Shown here: piece by piece, positions 19,355-29,282 of the stretch
Layout of the letters: the number at the start of each line of letters is the position of its first letter
Numbering within the stretch: the first letter of the stretch is position 1
Source of the DNA: a virus
Lineage: Duplodnaviria > Caudoviricetes
Reading direction: 5' to 3' (one strand)
DNA: 53,363 bases
IMG/VR virus record: IMGVR_UViG_3300032303_002406
Span: 1 to 53,363 of that record
The notes under the pieces: generated by a model
Database searches by the model: none
What the model saw: the letters and a program-made list of their open reading frames with translations, nothing else
Told to the model about the DNA's origin: nothing
Translations under genes and position numbers: made by a program

Positions 19355-20799
19355 TGGCTACACGTCGTAGAAGTAGAAATAAAACTATTGCTGGAAATCT
19401 TACTGATGTTCAAAAAAGACTTAGATATCTAGAAGTTAGACCTAACCCAGATAAACTTGCATCAAAGTCTGTTGCAACTAAAAATATTGCCCTTCGTGCT
19501 ATTCAAACAGACCTCATTTCAGATTCAGCTATTACTCGTAGAACTCTTGCACAAGGTGTTGTAGGGACTGCTCAGATTGAAAATTTATCTATTACAAATT
19601 CTCTTATTGCTGAAAATGCAGTTACTGGATTTAATATTGCACCAGATGCTGTATCTACGTCAGAAATTGCTACTGGAGCTGTAACTAACGATGAGTTAGG
19701 AACTTATGCTGTAACTAATCTTAAACTTGGAACTGACTCTATCGATAATAGAGTTGTAGCACCAGATGCCATTGGTACAAATGAAATTATTAATGAATCT
19801 GTTACTTCTGCAGAAGTTGGAGTAGATGCTATTGGAAATAGTGAATTAGCTAATGGAGCAGTAGATACAGCTAATATGGTTGATGGATCTGTTACTGATG
19901 GAAAAGTATTTTCAATTTCTGGTGGAAAAATTACAGGAACACTTCCTTTATCTACTATACCTAGCCTTCCTGCAAGTAGAGTAACCAGTGGTGTATTTTC
20001 AGATACTCTTATTCCAGCAATTACAGCCGATAAAGTTCCAAGTTTAGATGCAGCTAAAATTACAACTGGAACTTTTCCCATAGCTAGAATTCCTAATTTA
20101 ACTGCAGATAAAATAACATCTGGCACTCTTTTTACTTCAGTAATTCCTACTTTAGATCCAACCAAAGTGACTGGACTTACAAGCGTTTTGACTACAGCTA
20201 ATGTAAGCGGAACTGGTATTAGTAGAACATTTAGTACAAGCGGAAGCTATAGAAGTTTAGATATAACAATTAATGCTGGTACTGGGTCAAACCAGCTTGC
20301 AATTGGAAATCATACTCATGCCTCAGCTGGTGTACCTGACCATACGCATACTGGAAGTTTAAGCCTTAATAGCTTAAATATTTCTGGTGGTGCTCACGGC
20401 CACGTTGGCGCTACAGGTTCTCACTCTCATGGTTTTACACCTAGTGGATATATAACTATTGGAGCAGTATCTTCTACAATAAAAGTAAAAAAGGATATTA
20501 CAGATTATGTAGTAGGTGATGTTAAAAATATTTTAAATCTTAAAATGAAAAGATATAAATATAAAAATTCTGCAAGAGATATTCAAAATAAATATAATCG
20601 TGAGTGGATGTATGGATATATTGCAGAAGAGGTTCAAGATTTAGGTGTAGAACAAATTCTTGCATACGATAAAAATGGAGATCCAGATGCTATTGATTAT
20701 GGATTACTATCTGTACTTATTCTTGAACTAGTCAAAGTACAACAAAATGAGATAAACTCTCTTTCAGAAGAGATTAAGAGACTAAAGGATAAGATATGA
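19354..20799 (+). CDS. Tail fibre/spike with C-terminal intramolecular chaperone (peptidase S74-like)
   Basis: 10-aa AV/IT..I repeats, 16-aa A.KITTGT...IP.L repeats, HxH motifs, then SS..KK.I...YGYIAEEV...IDY...coiled coil. Confidence 0.8.
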   Translation: MATRRRSRNKTIAGNLTDVQKRLRYLEVRPNPDKLASKSVATKNIALRAIQTDLISDSAITRRTLAQGVVGTAQIENLSITNSLIAENAVTGFNIAPDAVSTSEIATGAVTNDELGTYAVTNLKLGTDSIDNRVVAPDAIGTNEIINESVTSAEVGVDAIGNSELANGAVDTANMVDGSVTDGKVFSISGGKITGTLPLSTIPSLPASRVTSGVFSDTLIPAITADKVPSLDAAKITTGTFPIARIPNLTADKITSGTLFTSVIPTLDPTKVTGLTSVLTTANVSGTGISRTFSTSGSYRSLDITINAGTGSNQLAIGNHTHASAGVPDHTHTGSLSLNSLNISGGAHGHVGATGSHSHGFTPSGYITIGAVSSTIKVKKDITDYVVGDVKNILNLKMKRYKYKNSARDIQNKYNREWMYGYIAEEVQDLGVEQILAYDKNGDPDAIDYGLLSVLILELVKVQQNEINSLSEEIKRLKDKI

Positions 20800-21275
20800 T
20801 AGAATATATTCCTAACTACAGTGCACCTGATCGTCCTTATATTTGCAAAAAATTTACTGCAACTTCTGGTGAAGAGGTCCACACCGCTATAAACATTAAT
20901 AATATTCAAGAAAGAGAAAATCTTTCTATTGAAAATATTTATGATCATATGGAAAATGTTCTTAAGTATATAGAAGACTCTTCAAAGACTTTACAAATGA
21001 TTCAAATGAATGAAAATACTGGTACGCAGCCTTGGCCTATTAAAAATTGGACTGAAATTGAGTGGTCTAAAGATGAAGCAATTTATTGGTGGCAATATAT
21101 CTATTACAAAGACAATCCTGGAAGGGTATCGGAAATATCATTAGAAATAGATCCAGAAGAATTGGTACTTGAGCATACACATGATGAAGACCTTCATACC
21201 GATCAAGCTCAAGAAACTTCAGATTTACTAACCTCTCTTCAAGAACAGCAAAGTAGTGGGGGGTCTAATAGCTAA
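20796..21275 (+). CDS. Hypothetical protein
   Basis: 159 aa ORF coupled (ATGA overlap) to the fibre gene. Confidence 0.55.
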   Translation: MIEYIPNYSAPDRPYICKKFTATSGEEVHTAININNIQERENLSIENIYDHMENVLKYIEDSSKTLQMIQMNENTGTQPWPIKNWTEIEWSKDEAIYWWQYIYYKDNPGRVSEISLEIDPEELVLEHTHDEDLHTDQAQETSDLLTSLQEQQSSGGSNS

Positions 21276-21745
21276 TGTTTGAAGTTAAAGATGGCTCAAG
21301 AACTTTGCAGTTTAATGGACGCCTTTTAGGTGACTCAAGTTCTTGGCGTAAATTTTCTACACGATGGATCGAGTTTAAACTCTATAAAACGGAGAATGGC
21401 TCTTATATTCTTTCAAGGATAGGTGTTTCTTTAGTTTTTCACAGTCCTGTATGTCCTTTAGTAAAGCGCTATGGGCTTAAAGAGGGGTCTTCTGATGACT
21501 TGCATGAAGACTCTATCCCTTGCGAAGAGTGTCTTCCTACCAACAGTCTTCCTATAGTTTTTCCTGAAACAGACCGCAACTGGGCTTTGGTAAGCGAGGA
21601 TACAGAGGCTATCCTTGATGCACTTTACAAATATGACCAAGGTGGTGCAAGATACCTTACTAATGTAGCTCAACGGCTACTTGAAAAAGCATCTATGAAT
21701 GATGAAAAAATTGATTTAGCATATAGAGTGGAAACTATTCCATAA
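21275..21745 (+). CDS. Hypothetical protein (H/C motif, possible Zn site)
   Basis: 156 aa, TAATG coupling; RW.EF.LY.T..G.Y, H...C and C..C. Confidence 0.6.
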   Translation: MFEVKDGSRTLQFNGRLLGDSSSWRKFSTRWIEFKLYKTENGSYILSRIGVSLVFHSPVCPLVKRYGLKEGSSDDLHEDSIPCEECLPTNSLPIVFPETDRNWALVSEDTEAILDALYKYDQGGARYLTNVAQRLLEKASMNDEKIDLAYRVETIP

Positions 21746-21759
21746 GAAGTTAGGAAGAC

Positions 21760-23598
21760 ATGAGCGACAACAAAACGACACAAGGATTGAGTGAAATTCA
21801 ACTCCACTTAGTTGACTCTGCAGAAAAAGCAAGAGAATTTATTTCTTGGCTTGGTGAGCGCCGTCCTTACAATGCTATTGCAATTGATACAGAAACTGGT
21901 GAAAAACCAGGGATGCCTCGTGACCATGCATTATCTCCTTGGCATGGAGATCTTCGACTTGTTCAAGTAGGAGATGGTATGCAAGGTTGGTCTATTCCTT
22001 GGAATGAATGGGCTGGTGTCTTCTATGAAGGCATGGATAAATTTGATGGACCTATTGTGTGTCACAATATTGCATTTGAAGCCCGATGGTTTCATATTAA
22101 ATCTCGTTGGCAGATGCCGTGGGAACGTGCACACGATACAATGATTATGGCTCATATCATCGATCCACTTGGTTCTGGTGCTTTAAAGCAACTATCGGCT
22201 CTTTATGTTGATCGTCATGCTGCTGCACTTCAAGAAACTTTAGATGTAAAGCTTGCAGAAAACGGTTGGACTTGGGGGACTGTCCCTACTTCTTTTGAAC
22301 CTTATTGGACATATGGTGCTTTAGATACAATTTTAACAATGCGACTGTGGGAACAGTTTTATGAGAAGTGTGGTCCACAGGGTCCATACAATCGTGCATA
22401 TGAACTTGAAATGGCAACACGCAAGATTGTTACTCGTATGGAGATTAATGGTGCTCGTATAGATCTTGACTACTCAAAGCGTAAGTATGAGGAGCTAATG
22501 TCTTATACGGAGTCAGTTAAAGATTGGGCTAAAACCACTTACGGTGGGGTAAGCATTGGAAGCAATGTTCAGTTAGTGCGTCTTCTTGAAAAGCTTGGAG
22601 CAGAAATTAATGAATACACTCCTTCTGGACAAAAGTCTGCAAGTAAGGATCAGCTAAAACTTCTTAGTATTGAGGGAAATCCTGAAGTTAGGAATCTTGC
22701 AGAGACTGTCTTAAAGCAGAGAAAAGCAGACAAACTTGCTAATACCTACTTCTTAAACTTTATGAATAAATCTATTGATGGTCTTGTTCACCCTTCTGTA
22801 AAGACTTTAGGCGCTAGAACATCTCGTATGTCCATTACAGATCCTGCTCTACAAACTCTTCCCAAAGGAGATGAAACAGTACGAAGAGCATTCTTACCTC
22901 GTGACTCCAATCATGTACTAATTACTTCTGACTTAGATCAAGTTGAGTTTCGTATGTTTGCTTCTATGTCTGAAGACCCAAACCTTATTTCTCTATTCCA
23001 CAAAGCAGATGCAACTGGATCAGATCCTTTTACTGAAATTGGTCGTCAGGTTTATCAAGAGCCAGATATGCAAAAATCGGATAAGCGTCGTAACTTGATC
23101 AAGGGTGTTGTCTATGGACGACTTTATGGTGCAGGTGTAGCTAAACAAGCTCTTACCGCTGGCGTCCCTGAGCCACAGATGCGTTCTGTCTCTGATTCAT
23201 TTGATGCTAACTATCCGGGAATGATGTTATTTCAAAAGAAAATTGAAAATATAGGTATGACTCGTCTTCGTAACGAAGGTCAAGGATATGTAAATACTTG
23301 GACTGGTCGCCGTATTCCTTGCGATGAAGAGCGTGTCTATACACTTGTTAACTATCTAATTCAAGGTGGAGCTGCTGAAGTATTCAAGAATAATCTTGTA
23401 AAGTTAGATCAAGCAGATCTTACCGAGCATCTTATTGTTCCAGTACACGATGAAATTGTTTTACAAGCACCTAGAGAAGATGCTGAAGAAATTAAACAAA
23501 TAGTAAAAAAATGTATGACAACTACCGAAGGTTGGGCTGTTCCTCTTACAGCTGATGTTGATGGTCCTATGGAAAACTGGGGTGAAAAGTACAAATGA
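21760..23598 (+). CDS. polA: DNA polymerase family A (3'-5' exonuclease + polymerase, no 5'-3' exonuclease)
   Basis: DTETG, HNIAFE and YGALD exonuclease motifs; RTSRMS..DP.LQ, DLDQVEFR (motif A), R...K...YG..YG (B), NYLIQG.AA and VHDEI (C). Confidence 0.95.
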   Translation: MSDNKTTQGLSEIQLHLVDSAEKAREFISWLGERRPYNAIAIDTETGEKPGMPRDHALSPWHGDLRLVQVGDGMQGWSIPWNEWAGVFYEGMDKFDGPIVCHNIAFEARWFHIKSRWQMPWERAHDTMIMAHIIDPLGSGALKQLSALYVDRHAAALQETLDVKLAENGWTWGTVPTSFEPYWTYGALDTILTMRLWEQFYEKCGPQGPYNRAYELEMATRKIVTRMEINGARIDLDYSKRKYEELMSYTESVKDWAKTTYGGVSIGSNVQLVRLLEKLGAEINEYTPSGQKSASKDQLKLLSIEGNPEVRNLAETVLKQRKADKLANTYFLNFMNKSIDGLVHPSVKTLGARTSRMSITDPALQTLPKGDETVRRAFLPRDSNHVLITSDLDQVEFRMFASMSEDPNLISLFHKADATGSDPFTEIGRQVYQEPDMQKSDKRRNLIKGVVYGRLYGAGVAKQALTAGVPEPQMRSVSDSFDANYPGMMLFQKKIENIGMTRLRNEGQGYVNTWTGRRIPCDEERVYTLVNYLIQGGAAEVFKNNLVKLDQADLTEHLIVPVHDEIVLQAPREDAEEIKQIVKKCMTTTEGWAVPLTADVDGPMENWGEKYK

Positions 23599-24053
23599 TT
23601 ATTCTTTCTGTTGATCCAGGAAAAGCAAGCGGTATTGCACTTCTTAAATGGTCAGAAGTTAAAGAAGAAAAACCTGTTATTGATTTTTCTGTAGAAGTTG
23701 GTCCAGAAACTTTTGCTCAGATGATTGATGTTGGTCTTATGAATGTTCATGCAAATTTTCATGTTGTATGTGAGCGTTTTACTATTAACGCTCAAACAGT
23801 CCGTAACTCTCAGGCTCCCTATAGTCTTGAGCAGATAGGGGTTCTAAAACACCTATGTAGGGTTAAAGGTTATAACCCAGAATCTATTATATTTCAATCA
23901 CCTGCAGATGCCAAGAACATGTTTCCTAACGAGGCGCTTAAAAAGGTAGGAATTTGGCATAAAGGTGGAGAAGGTCATGCAAATGATGCTTTACGACACG
24001 CCCTACTTAAATTTGTTAAAAGTGGCTGGATGCCAAGAGACCTGCTAGACTAA
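23595..24053 (+). CDS. RuvC-like Holliday junction resolvase
   Basis: ILSVDPGKASG, VVCERF and H.NDALRH acidic RNase H-fold motifs. Confidence 0.75.
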   Translation: MIILSVDPGKASGIALLKWSEVKEEKPVIDFSVEVGPETFAQMIDVGLMNVHANFHVVCERFTINAQTVRNSQAPYSLEQIGVLKHLCRVKGYNPESIIFQSPADAKNMFPNEALKKVGIWHKGGEGHANDALRHALLKFVKSGWMPRDLLD

Positions 24054-24054
24054 T

Positions 24055-24097
24055 ACACGGTTTAGAAATAAAAGCAAAATATTTCTGCTACCGTATG
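24055..24097 (+). other. Imperfect hairpin in the spacer before the helicase
   Basis: ACGGT..AGAAATA / TATTTCT...ACCGT inverted repeat; no U-tract. Confidence 0.4.
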
Positions 24098-24128
24098 TTT
24101 AAGACATAAAGACATTATTGGAGGGTAA

Positions 24129-25928
24129 GTGCCAGTTACAGTAGAAGTAGATAAGAACAAAAGCCATATCCTTATAACTACAGATTGGCGTTTTAAAGAG
24201 CTTTGTAAGAGCCTTCCGGGCTCATCTTGGTCTGCATCAGATCAAGTATGGCGTGTTCCTTTAAGTTGGACTACTTGTCTTGCTCTTAGATCTACATTCC
24301 GTAATGACTTAGTTATTGGACATGAACTTCAAACATGGGCTGAAAACGAGTTAAACAGCCGTATAAGCCCCTCTAACGCACTTCGTGAGTTAGAGACATA
24401 TGAAGGCGATGAAGACCTATTTCCTCACCAGAGGGCTGGTGTAGCCTTTCTAGCAACCGCTAAGAGAGCACTCTTAGCCGATGAACCAGGCCTTGGTAAA
24501 ACTGCTCAGGCTATTCGTGCCCTTAAAAAACTTCAAGACAATGGCGAGGATGTCTTTCCTGCACTTATTGTGTGCCCAAATACTCTCAAGAAGAACTGGG
24601 CTCGTGAATTTACAAAATGGTGGCCAAGTGTAAAGACTCAAGTTATTAAGGGAACTGCTGCACAGCGTAAAAAGCAGTTTGAGTCCGATGCAGATGTCTA
24701 CATCATTAACTGGGAATCGCTTCGATCTCACTCTCGCCTTTCTGGGTACGGCTCTATTGCCCTAGTTCATTGCCCTGCTTGTGGCGGACAAAACAGCACT
24801 ATCTCTGAGACTCGTTGTGAGGTCCACAAGAGAGAGCTTAATTTTATTGATTTTAAAGCTGTAATTGCAGATGAGATTCACCGATCTAAAGATCCAAAGA
24901 GTAAGCAAAGTCGTGCACTTTGGTCTGCCACAGGAGATGCCCCTATTCGATTTGCCTTAACTGGAACTCCTATTGCTAACAATGTTGTTGATCTGTGGTC
25001 AATTCTTCATTGGCTTTCTCCGCAGGACTGGCCAAGTAAAACTAAATGGATTGATCGAATGATTGATGTAATGCTTAATGCTTTTGGTGGCATGATGGTT
25101 ATTGGTGTTAAACCTCATATGCAAGATGAGTTTTATAAAACAGTCAACCCTCATATGCGCCGTATGCTCAAAAAAGTTGTGCTTCCTTGGCTTCCACCTG
25201 TTATGAATGAGCGTCGTGATGTTGAAATGTCAACTAAGCAAAAAAAAGCTTATGAGCAGATGCGTGACACAATGATTGCTGAGTTAGAATCTGGTGATGC
25301 AGTGACAGCTCCTAGTATTTTGACTCAAACAACTCGTCTAGTTCAGTTTGCTAATGCTTATGCAACTATGGAAACTGATGAAGCTACTGGAGAAATGAAA
25401 ACTATTTTGACAGAACCTTCTTGCAAAGTTGATGCTCTTATGGATGATATTTCTAATGGAGACTTTGGAGACGATTCTGTTGCCGTTTGTGCAGTGTCTA
25501 GACAGCTAATTGAGCTTTTAAGTGCTGCTCTTACAAAGGAAAAAATTAAGCATGGACTTATTACAGGATCACAAACTGAAGATGAGCGTCAACAGGCTGT
25601 AGATGATTTTCAAGCAGGAAAAATTAAATGGATTCTATTTACGGCACAAGCTGGTGGAGTTGGTATTACCTTGACCACGGCACGCCGTTTAGTTATGCTA
25701 CAGAGACCTTGGTCATTAGTAGACCATCGTCAGGCTTTAGACCGTGTTCACCGTATTGGTAGCGAGATTCACGACTCTATCTTGATTATGGATTATGTAA
25801 CAGAGGGGACAATTGAAGAAAGAGTTTTACAAGTACTAGAGACAAAGTCAGATAACTTCGAACAAATTGTTCGGGATAAGGATCAACTGATGAAGTTGCT
25901 TCTTGATGATAAGGCAGGTTTGCTATGA
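24129..25928 (+). CDS. SNF2-family (SF2) helicase
   Basis: LFPHQ, DEPGLGKT, DEIH, LTGTP, AGGVGITLT and QALDRVHRIG motifs; SD GGAGGG before GTG. Confidence 0.93.
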   Translation: MPVTVEVDKNKSHILITTDWRFKELCKSLPGSSWSASDQVWRVPLSWTTCLALRSTFRNDLVIGHELQTWAENELNSRISPSNALRELETYEGDEDLFPHQRAGVAFLATAKRALLADEPGLGKTAQAIRALKKLQDNGEDVFPALIVCPNTLKKNWAREFTKWWPSVKTQVIKGTAAQRKKQFESDADVYIINWESLRSHSRLSGYGSIALVHCPACGGQNSTISETRCEVHKRELNFIDFKAVIADEIHRSKDPKSKQSRALWSATGDAPIRFALTGTPIANNVVDLWSILHWLSPQDWPSKTKWIDRMIDVMLNAFGGMMVIGVKPHMQDEFYKTVNPHMRRMLKKVVLPWLPPVMNERRDVEMSTKQKKAYEQMRDTMIAELESGDAVTAPSILTQTTRLVQFANAYATMETDEATGEMKTILTEPSCKVDALMDDISNGDFGDDSVAVCAVSRQLIELLSAALTKEKIKHGLITGSQTEDERQQAVDDFQAGKIKWILFTAQAGGVGITLTTARRLVMLQRPWSLVDHRQALDRVHRIGSEIHDSILIMDYVTEGTIEERVLQVLETKSDNFEQIVRDKDQLMKLLLDDKAGLL

Positions 25929-26851
25929 GTGGAGTAGTTAGACTTTCTAACTCAGAATTACAGACATTTAAAGATTGTCGTCGACGTTGGTGGTTGACTT
26001 ACTATCGACGATTGCAACCTAAATATAGAGATATGACAGGTGCTCTTGCATTCGGTAGTCGTATTCACGCAGCTTTAGATGATCATTATGCTAATGGAAC
26101 TCCTTTGCTAGATGCTCATGCAACTTTAGTAGAAAAAGATAAACAACTACTTCTTTCAGAATTTTTAGATGTATCTAACCTTGAGGCAGAAGCTGAGATG
26201 GGGCGCATCATGCTAGAAGGTTATGAAGAGTGGGTTGAAGAAAATGGAATTGACGCTGAATTAGAAATGATTTCTACAGAAGAAACTATTATTGCTCCTC
26301 TATTTAATGGTGAAGTTGAGCTTCAAGGAAAGCTTGATATGCGTGTTCGTCGTAAAGCAGACGGTGTGCGTATGTTTCGTGACTTTAAAACCGTTGGTGG
26401 GTCTCTAAGCGATTTTGCAAACCTTGCGCCAATGAACGAACAGGTTATGACATACATGCTTCTTGAATCTACTAAGCGTGATGAGTCTGAGCGTTCAGAC
26501 GGTGGTATTTTTACAATGCTAAAGAAAGTAAAAAGAACAGCGAACGCTAGACCCCCATTTTACGATCAAGTAGAAATTAGACATAATATCTTTACAATGC
26601 GTTCTTTCTGGAATAGAATCCACGGAACAATTTCAGACTTGATGAATGTGCGTCATGCATTAGATAAAGGATCTGATCCTTCATATGTTGCATATCCGCA
26701 CCCAACTCGAGACTGTAAATGGAAATGCCAGTTTTTCACTATCTGTCCATTGTTTGACGACGGAAGCGCCGCTGAACAAGCAATTAGTGAAATGTATGAG
26801 GAATCAGATCCTTATGCGTACTATAACGATGAGAAAAAAGGAAGCGAGTGA
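25925..26851 (+). CDS. Cas4/RecB-like PD-(D/E)XK exonuclease with putative Fe-S cysteines
   Basis: S.SELQTFKDCRRRW, G.RIH, GKLD...DFKT, Q...Y and C-terminal C.W.C.F..IC. Confidence 0.85.
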   Translation: MSGVVRLSNSELQTFKDCRRRWWLTYYRRLQPKYRDMTGALAFGSRIHAALDDHYANGTPLLDAHATLVEKDKQLLLSEFLDVSNLEAEAEMGRIMLEGYEEWVEENGIDAELEMISTEETIIAPLFNGEVELQGKLDMRVRRKADGVRMFRDFKTVGGSLSDFANLAPMNEQVMTYMLLESTKRDESERSDGGIFTMLKKVKRTANARPPFYDQVEIRHNIFTMRSFWNRIHGTISDLMNVRHALDKGSDPSYVAYPHPTRDCKWKCQFFTICPLFDDGSAAEQAISEMYEESDPYAYYNDEKKGSE

Positions 26852-27630
26852 CCATGGGCGAAATTCAACGCTCTCTTACGGTTATGGTCTATGGAGAGTC
26901 AAAAGTTGGTAAATCAACTTTTGCTGTTACAGCACCATACCCACGTTTAATGCTTGATGTCGAAGGTGGGCACCGATTCCTACCTATCGTTGTTAAGTAT
27001 TGGGATCCACTCCGTGAGGAGCCACCAATTGCTGACGGTACTTGGGATACTGTTGTAGTTACTGTTCGTGATTACGACACTGTTATCAAGACATATCAGT
27101 GGTTACAACTTGGTAAGCATCACTTTAAGAGCTTGATCATTGACTCAATCTCTGAGTTGCAAGTCAAGTGTATGGATAGCATTGCAGGTAATGAACAGAT
27201 GAAGATGCAGCAGTGGGGCGAACTACTTCGCCACATGGGCGGACTTCTTCGTGATCTTCGTGACTTAACAATGCATCCAACAAATCCTCTTGAGGCAGTA
27301 GTACTAACTGCTATGTCAAGAACAAGTCAGGACGGAAGACGCCGTCCATATCTACAAGGACAGTTGGCTATCCAAGCGCCATATTTTTATGACATTCTTG
27401 GGGCAGTCAACGTTGAAACAGTTCCTAACCCAGATCCACTTCAGCCTCCATACAAAGTACGTCGTATGTATGTTGAACGCACTGCAGAGTATGAAGCTGG
27501 AGAGCGTGTACAAGGTCGTCTAGGTTCCATTGTTGAGCAAGAAAATCTTTCAATTGAAAGAATGCTTGACATTATTTTTGGCCCAAAACAAGAAGCACAA
27601 TCTACTAAAAAGAAAGAGGTAACTGAGTGA
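26848..27630 (+). CDS. AAA_24 / Sak4-like recombination ATPase
   Basis: YGESKVGKST Walker A, LDVEGG, IIDSISE; lies between nuclease and SSB. Confidence 0.8.
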   Translation: MTMGEIQRSLTVMVYGESKVGKSTFAVTAPYPRLMLDVEGGHRFLPIVVKYWDPLREEPPIADGTWDTVVVTVRDYDTVIKTYQWLQLGKHHFKSLIIDSISELQVKCMDSIAGNEQMKMQQWGELLRHMGGLLRDLRDLTMHPTNPLEAVVLTAMSRTSQDGRRRPYLQGQLAIQAPYFYDILGAVNVETVPNPDPLQPPYKVRRMYVERTAEYEAGERVQGRLGSIVEQENLSIERMLDIIFGPKQEAQSTKKKEVTE

Positions 27631-28160
27631 GTTCAAGAAATTGGTCTGATCTCATCAAGGACGCTGGAGAAGCAGGTAACTACGATCCGCTACCAGACGG
27701 TGACTACGATCTAGTAGTTACAGAAGCAACAGCAACAACATCACAGTCTGGAAAGACTATGTTCAAAGTAAAGGCACAGGTTGAGGGCGGAGCCCACAAC
27801 AAGCGTCTTGTTTGGGATAATCTAGTTGTATCTCCAGACTCACCAGCAGCACTTGGAATTCTTTTTAAGAAGTTCCATGCAATGGGTATTGGTCGTAACT
27901 ACTTCGACTCAAACCCTACAAATGCACAGATTGAAGCAGCTCTCTTGGGTCGCAAGTTCCGTGCACAAATTGGAAGTCGTCTTTATAACGGTTCTAAAAA
28001 GAACGAAATTAAAAACTACTACCCAAGCGCACAAACAATTGCTGCTATGCAAGGTGGAGAGGCTCCTGCTGCTCCAGCAGCAGCAGCTCCTGCTCCTGCT
28101 CCTGCTCCAGCGCCAGCTCCTGCTCCAGCGCCTTCAGCAGCTCCAGCATCACCGTTTTAA
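27627..28160 (+). CDS. Single-stranded DNA-binding protein (DUF669-like)
   Basis: YDPLPDGDY, S.SGK.M, VWDNLV, KNEIK and Pro/Ala tail ending PF. Confidence 0.75.
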   Translation: MSSRNWSDLIKDAGEAGNYDPLPDGDYDLVVTEATATTSQSGKTMFKVKAQVEGGAHNKRLVWDNLVVSPDSPAALGILFKKFHAMGIGRNYFDSNPTNAQIEAALLGRKFRAQIGSRLYNGSKKNEIKNYYPSAQTIAAMQGGEAPAAPAAAAPAPAPAPAPAPAPAPSAAPASPF

Positions 28161-28166
28161 TCCGTT

Positions 28167-28211
28167 TACTAGAATGCCACCCAACAAATACTGTTGGGTG
28201 GCAATCTGGTA
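28167..28211 (+). terminator. Strong hairpin after SSB (U-less terminator or processing/stabilising stem)
   Basis: Perfect 12-bp TGCCACCCAACA/TGTTGGGTGGCA (28175-28203) plus outer TACTAGA/TCTGGTA; no U-tract. Confidence 0.6.
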
Positions 28212-28227
28212 GAAAAAGAAAGATAAA

Positions 28228-29256
28228 ATGAAAATACTTTTAACAGGATGTACAGCACCTCAGTCTTCAAAAAAGACCAATGAGAGGTTTCCAAGTTTTG
28301 TTTCCCTGTTTAAAAATTCTCTAGAGCAACTGGGGCATGAAGTTCATTTAGAAAGACCTAACTTTTACTACTCTACTCAAGATCTAGATATGTATGATTT
28401 AATTTATGTAGGTTTAGTGTCTCCATCAAGTTTTCAAGCTAATTATGTTTATGGTGCTTTTTCTGTTGCTAGCAAAGCAAAAGACCTTGGAAAGCTTAGA
28501 TTTATTTTAGATAATCCAGATATTCAAAAACTTAGGTCTACTGTTGGTAATTTTTATAATAATACAGATGATTTTTTTAAGCCTTTATATGAAAGACGTC
28601 CTTGGTATGTTGAAGCTATGTCACAAACCAACAAAGAAGAAATTATTAATTTTTGTGGATATTTATTTGATGAGCAGTGGCCTACTACTGTTGTACCGAG
28701 TATGCCTTGGTTTTCTAAAGAGACTGTTTCTTCAGTAATACCTAATCTTTCTGAAGACTCTATTATTCCTATTTGCTACGATAGTTTTATTTTAGATTCA
28801 AGCTTAGACTCAGTAGATCCCGTTGCTGGGGAGTATTGGGTAGCCGATTCATATAAAAGTGCTTGGACAAGAAAAATAGTACATAATTTAACTATTGCTG
28901 CTATTCCAGTAAGACAAGGTAATTATGAAGATCTTGCAACTGTTATGTCTAGAATGCGTAACTCTGTAGGTACTTTAGTAAGTACTCATAAAAATAATCA
29001 GCCGTGGTGGTCAATTTCTATTTCACAATCACTATCTGTGGGAGTTCCCGTGGTAACTGATTGGAGATATACATCAAATTTGGGGGCAGAATGGGCGTAT
29101 TTACCTTCGACAATAGAGGAAATGAGTCCAATAGAGAGGCTGGAAACAGCACAGGTGCAAAAAGATTTCTACAGAGAATCTATACCTACACAGGTAGAGG
29201 CTTTGGAGAAGACGGAACTAGCTCTGGACAAATACAGCCAGCTTCTAGTACGATAA
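28228..29256 (+). CDS. Putative GT-B-fold glycosyltransferase-like protein (possible DNA modification)
   Basis: MKILLTG start, L..LGHEV, YDLIYVG and WWS....QSL..GVPVVTDW resemble GT-B N- and C-terminal motifs; sits in the replication block. Confidence 0.5.
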   Translation: MKILLTGCTAPQSSKKTNERFPSFVSLFKNSLEQLGHEVHLERPNFYYSTQDLDMYDLIYVGLVSPSSFQANYVYGAFSVASKAKDLGKLRFILDNPDIQKLRSTVGNFYNNTDDFFKPLYERRPWYVEAMSQTNKEEIINFCGYLFDEQWPTTVVPSMPWFSKETVSSVIPNLSEDSIIPICYDSFILDSSLDSVDPVAGEYWVADSYKSAWTRKIVHNLTIAAIPVRQGNYEDLATVMSRMRNSVGTLVSTHKNNQPWWSISISQSLSVGVPVVTDWRYTSNLGAEWAYLPSTIEEMSPIERLETAQVQKDFYRESIPTQVEALEKTELALDKYSQLLVR

Positions 29257-29282
29257 GAAATACTGTCAGAAAGGACAGAAAG

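Noticed and set aside
25925-26851. Cas4-like nuclease as a sign of a CRISPR-Cas system
   Set aside because: No repeat-spacer array or other cas genes are seen; the nuclease-Sak4-SSB context is a standard phage recombination module.
28060-28150. GCTCCT/GCTCCA tandem repeat as a replication origin or VNTR
   Set aside because: It encodes the Ala-Pro linker typical of the SSB tail.
29061-29282. Long N-terminal extension from TTG 29061
   Set aside because: It overlaps the upstream gene by ~200 nt; ATG 29283 has an SD-like AAGGA and fits the spacing.
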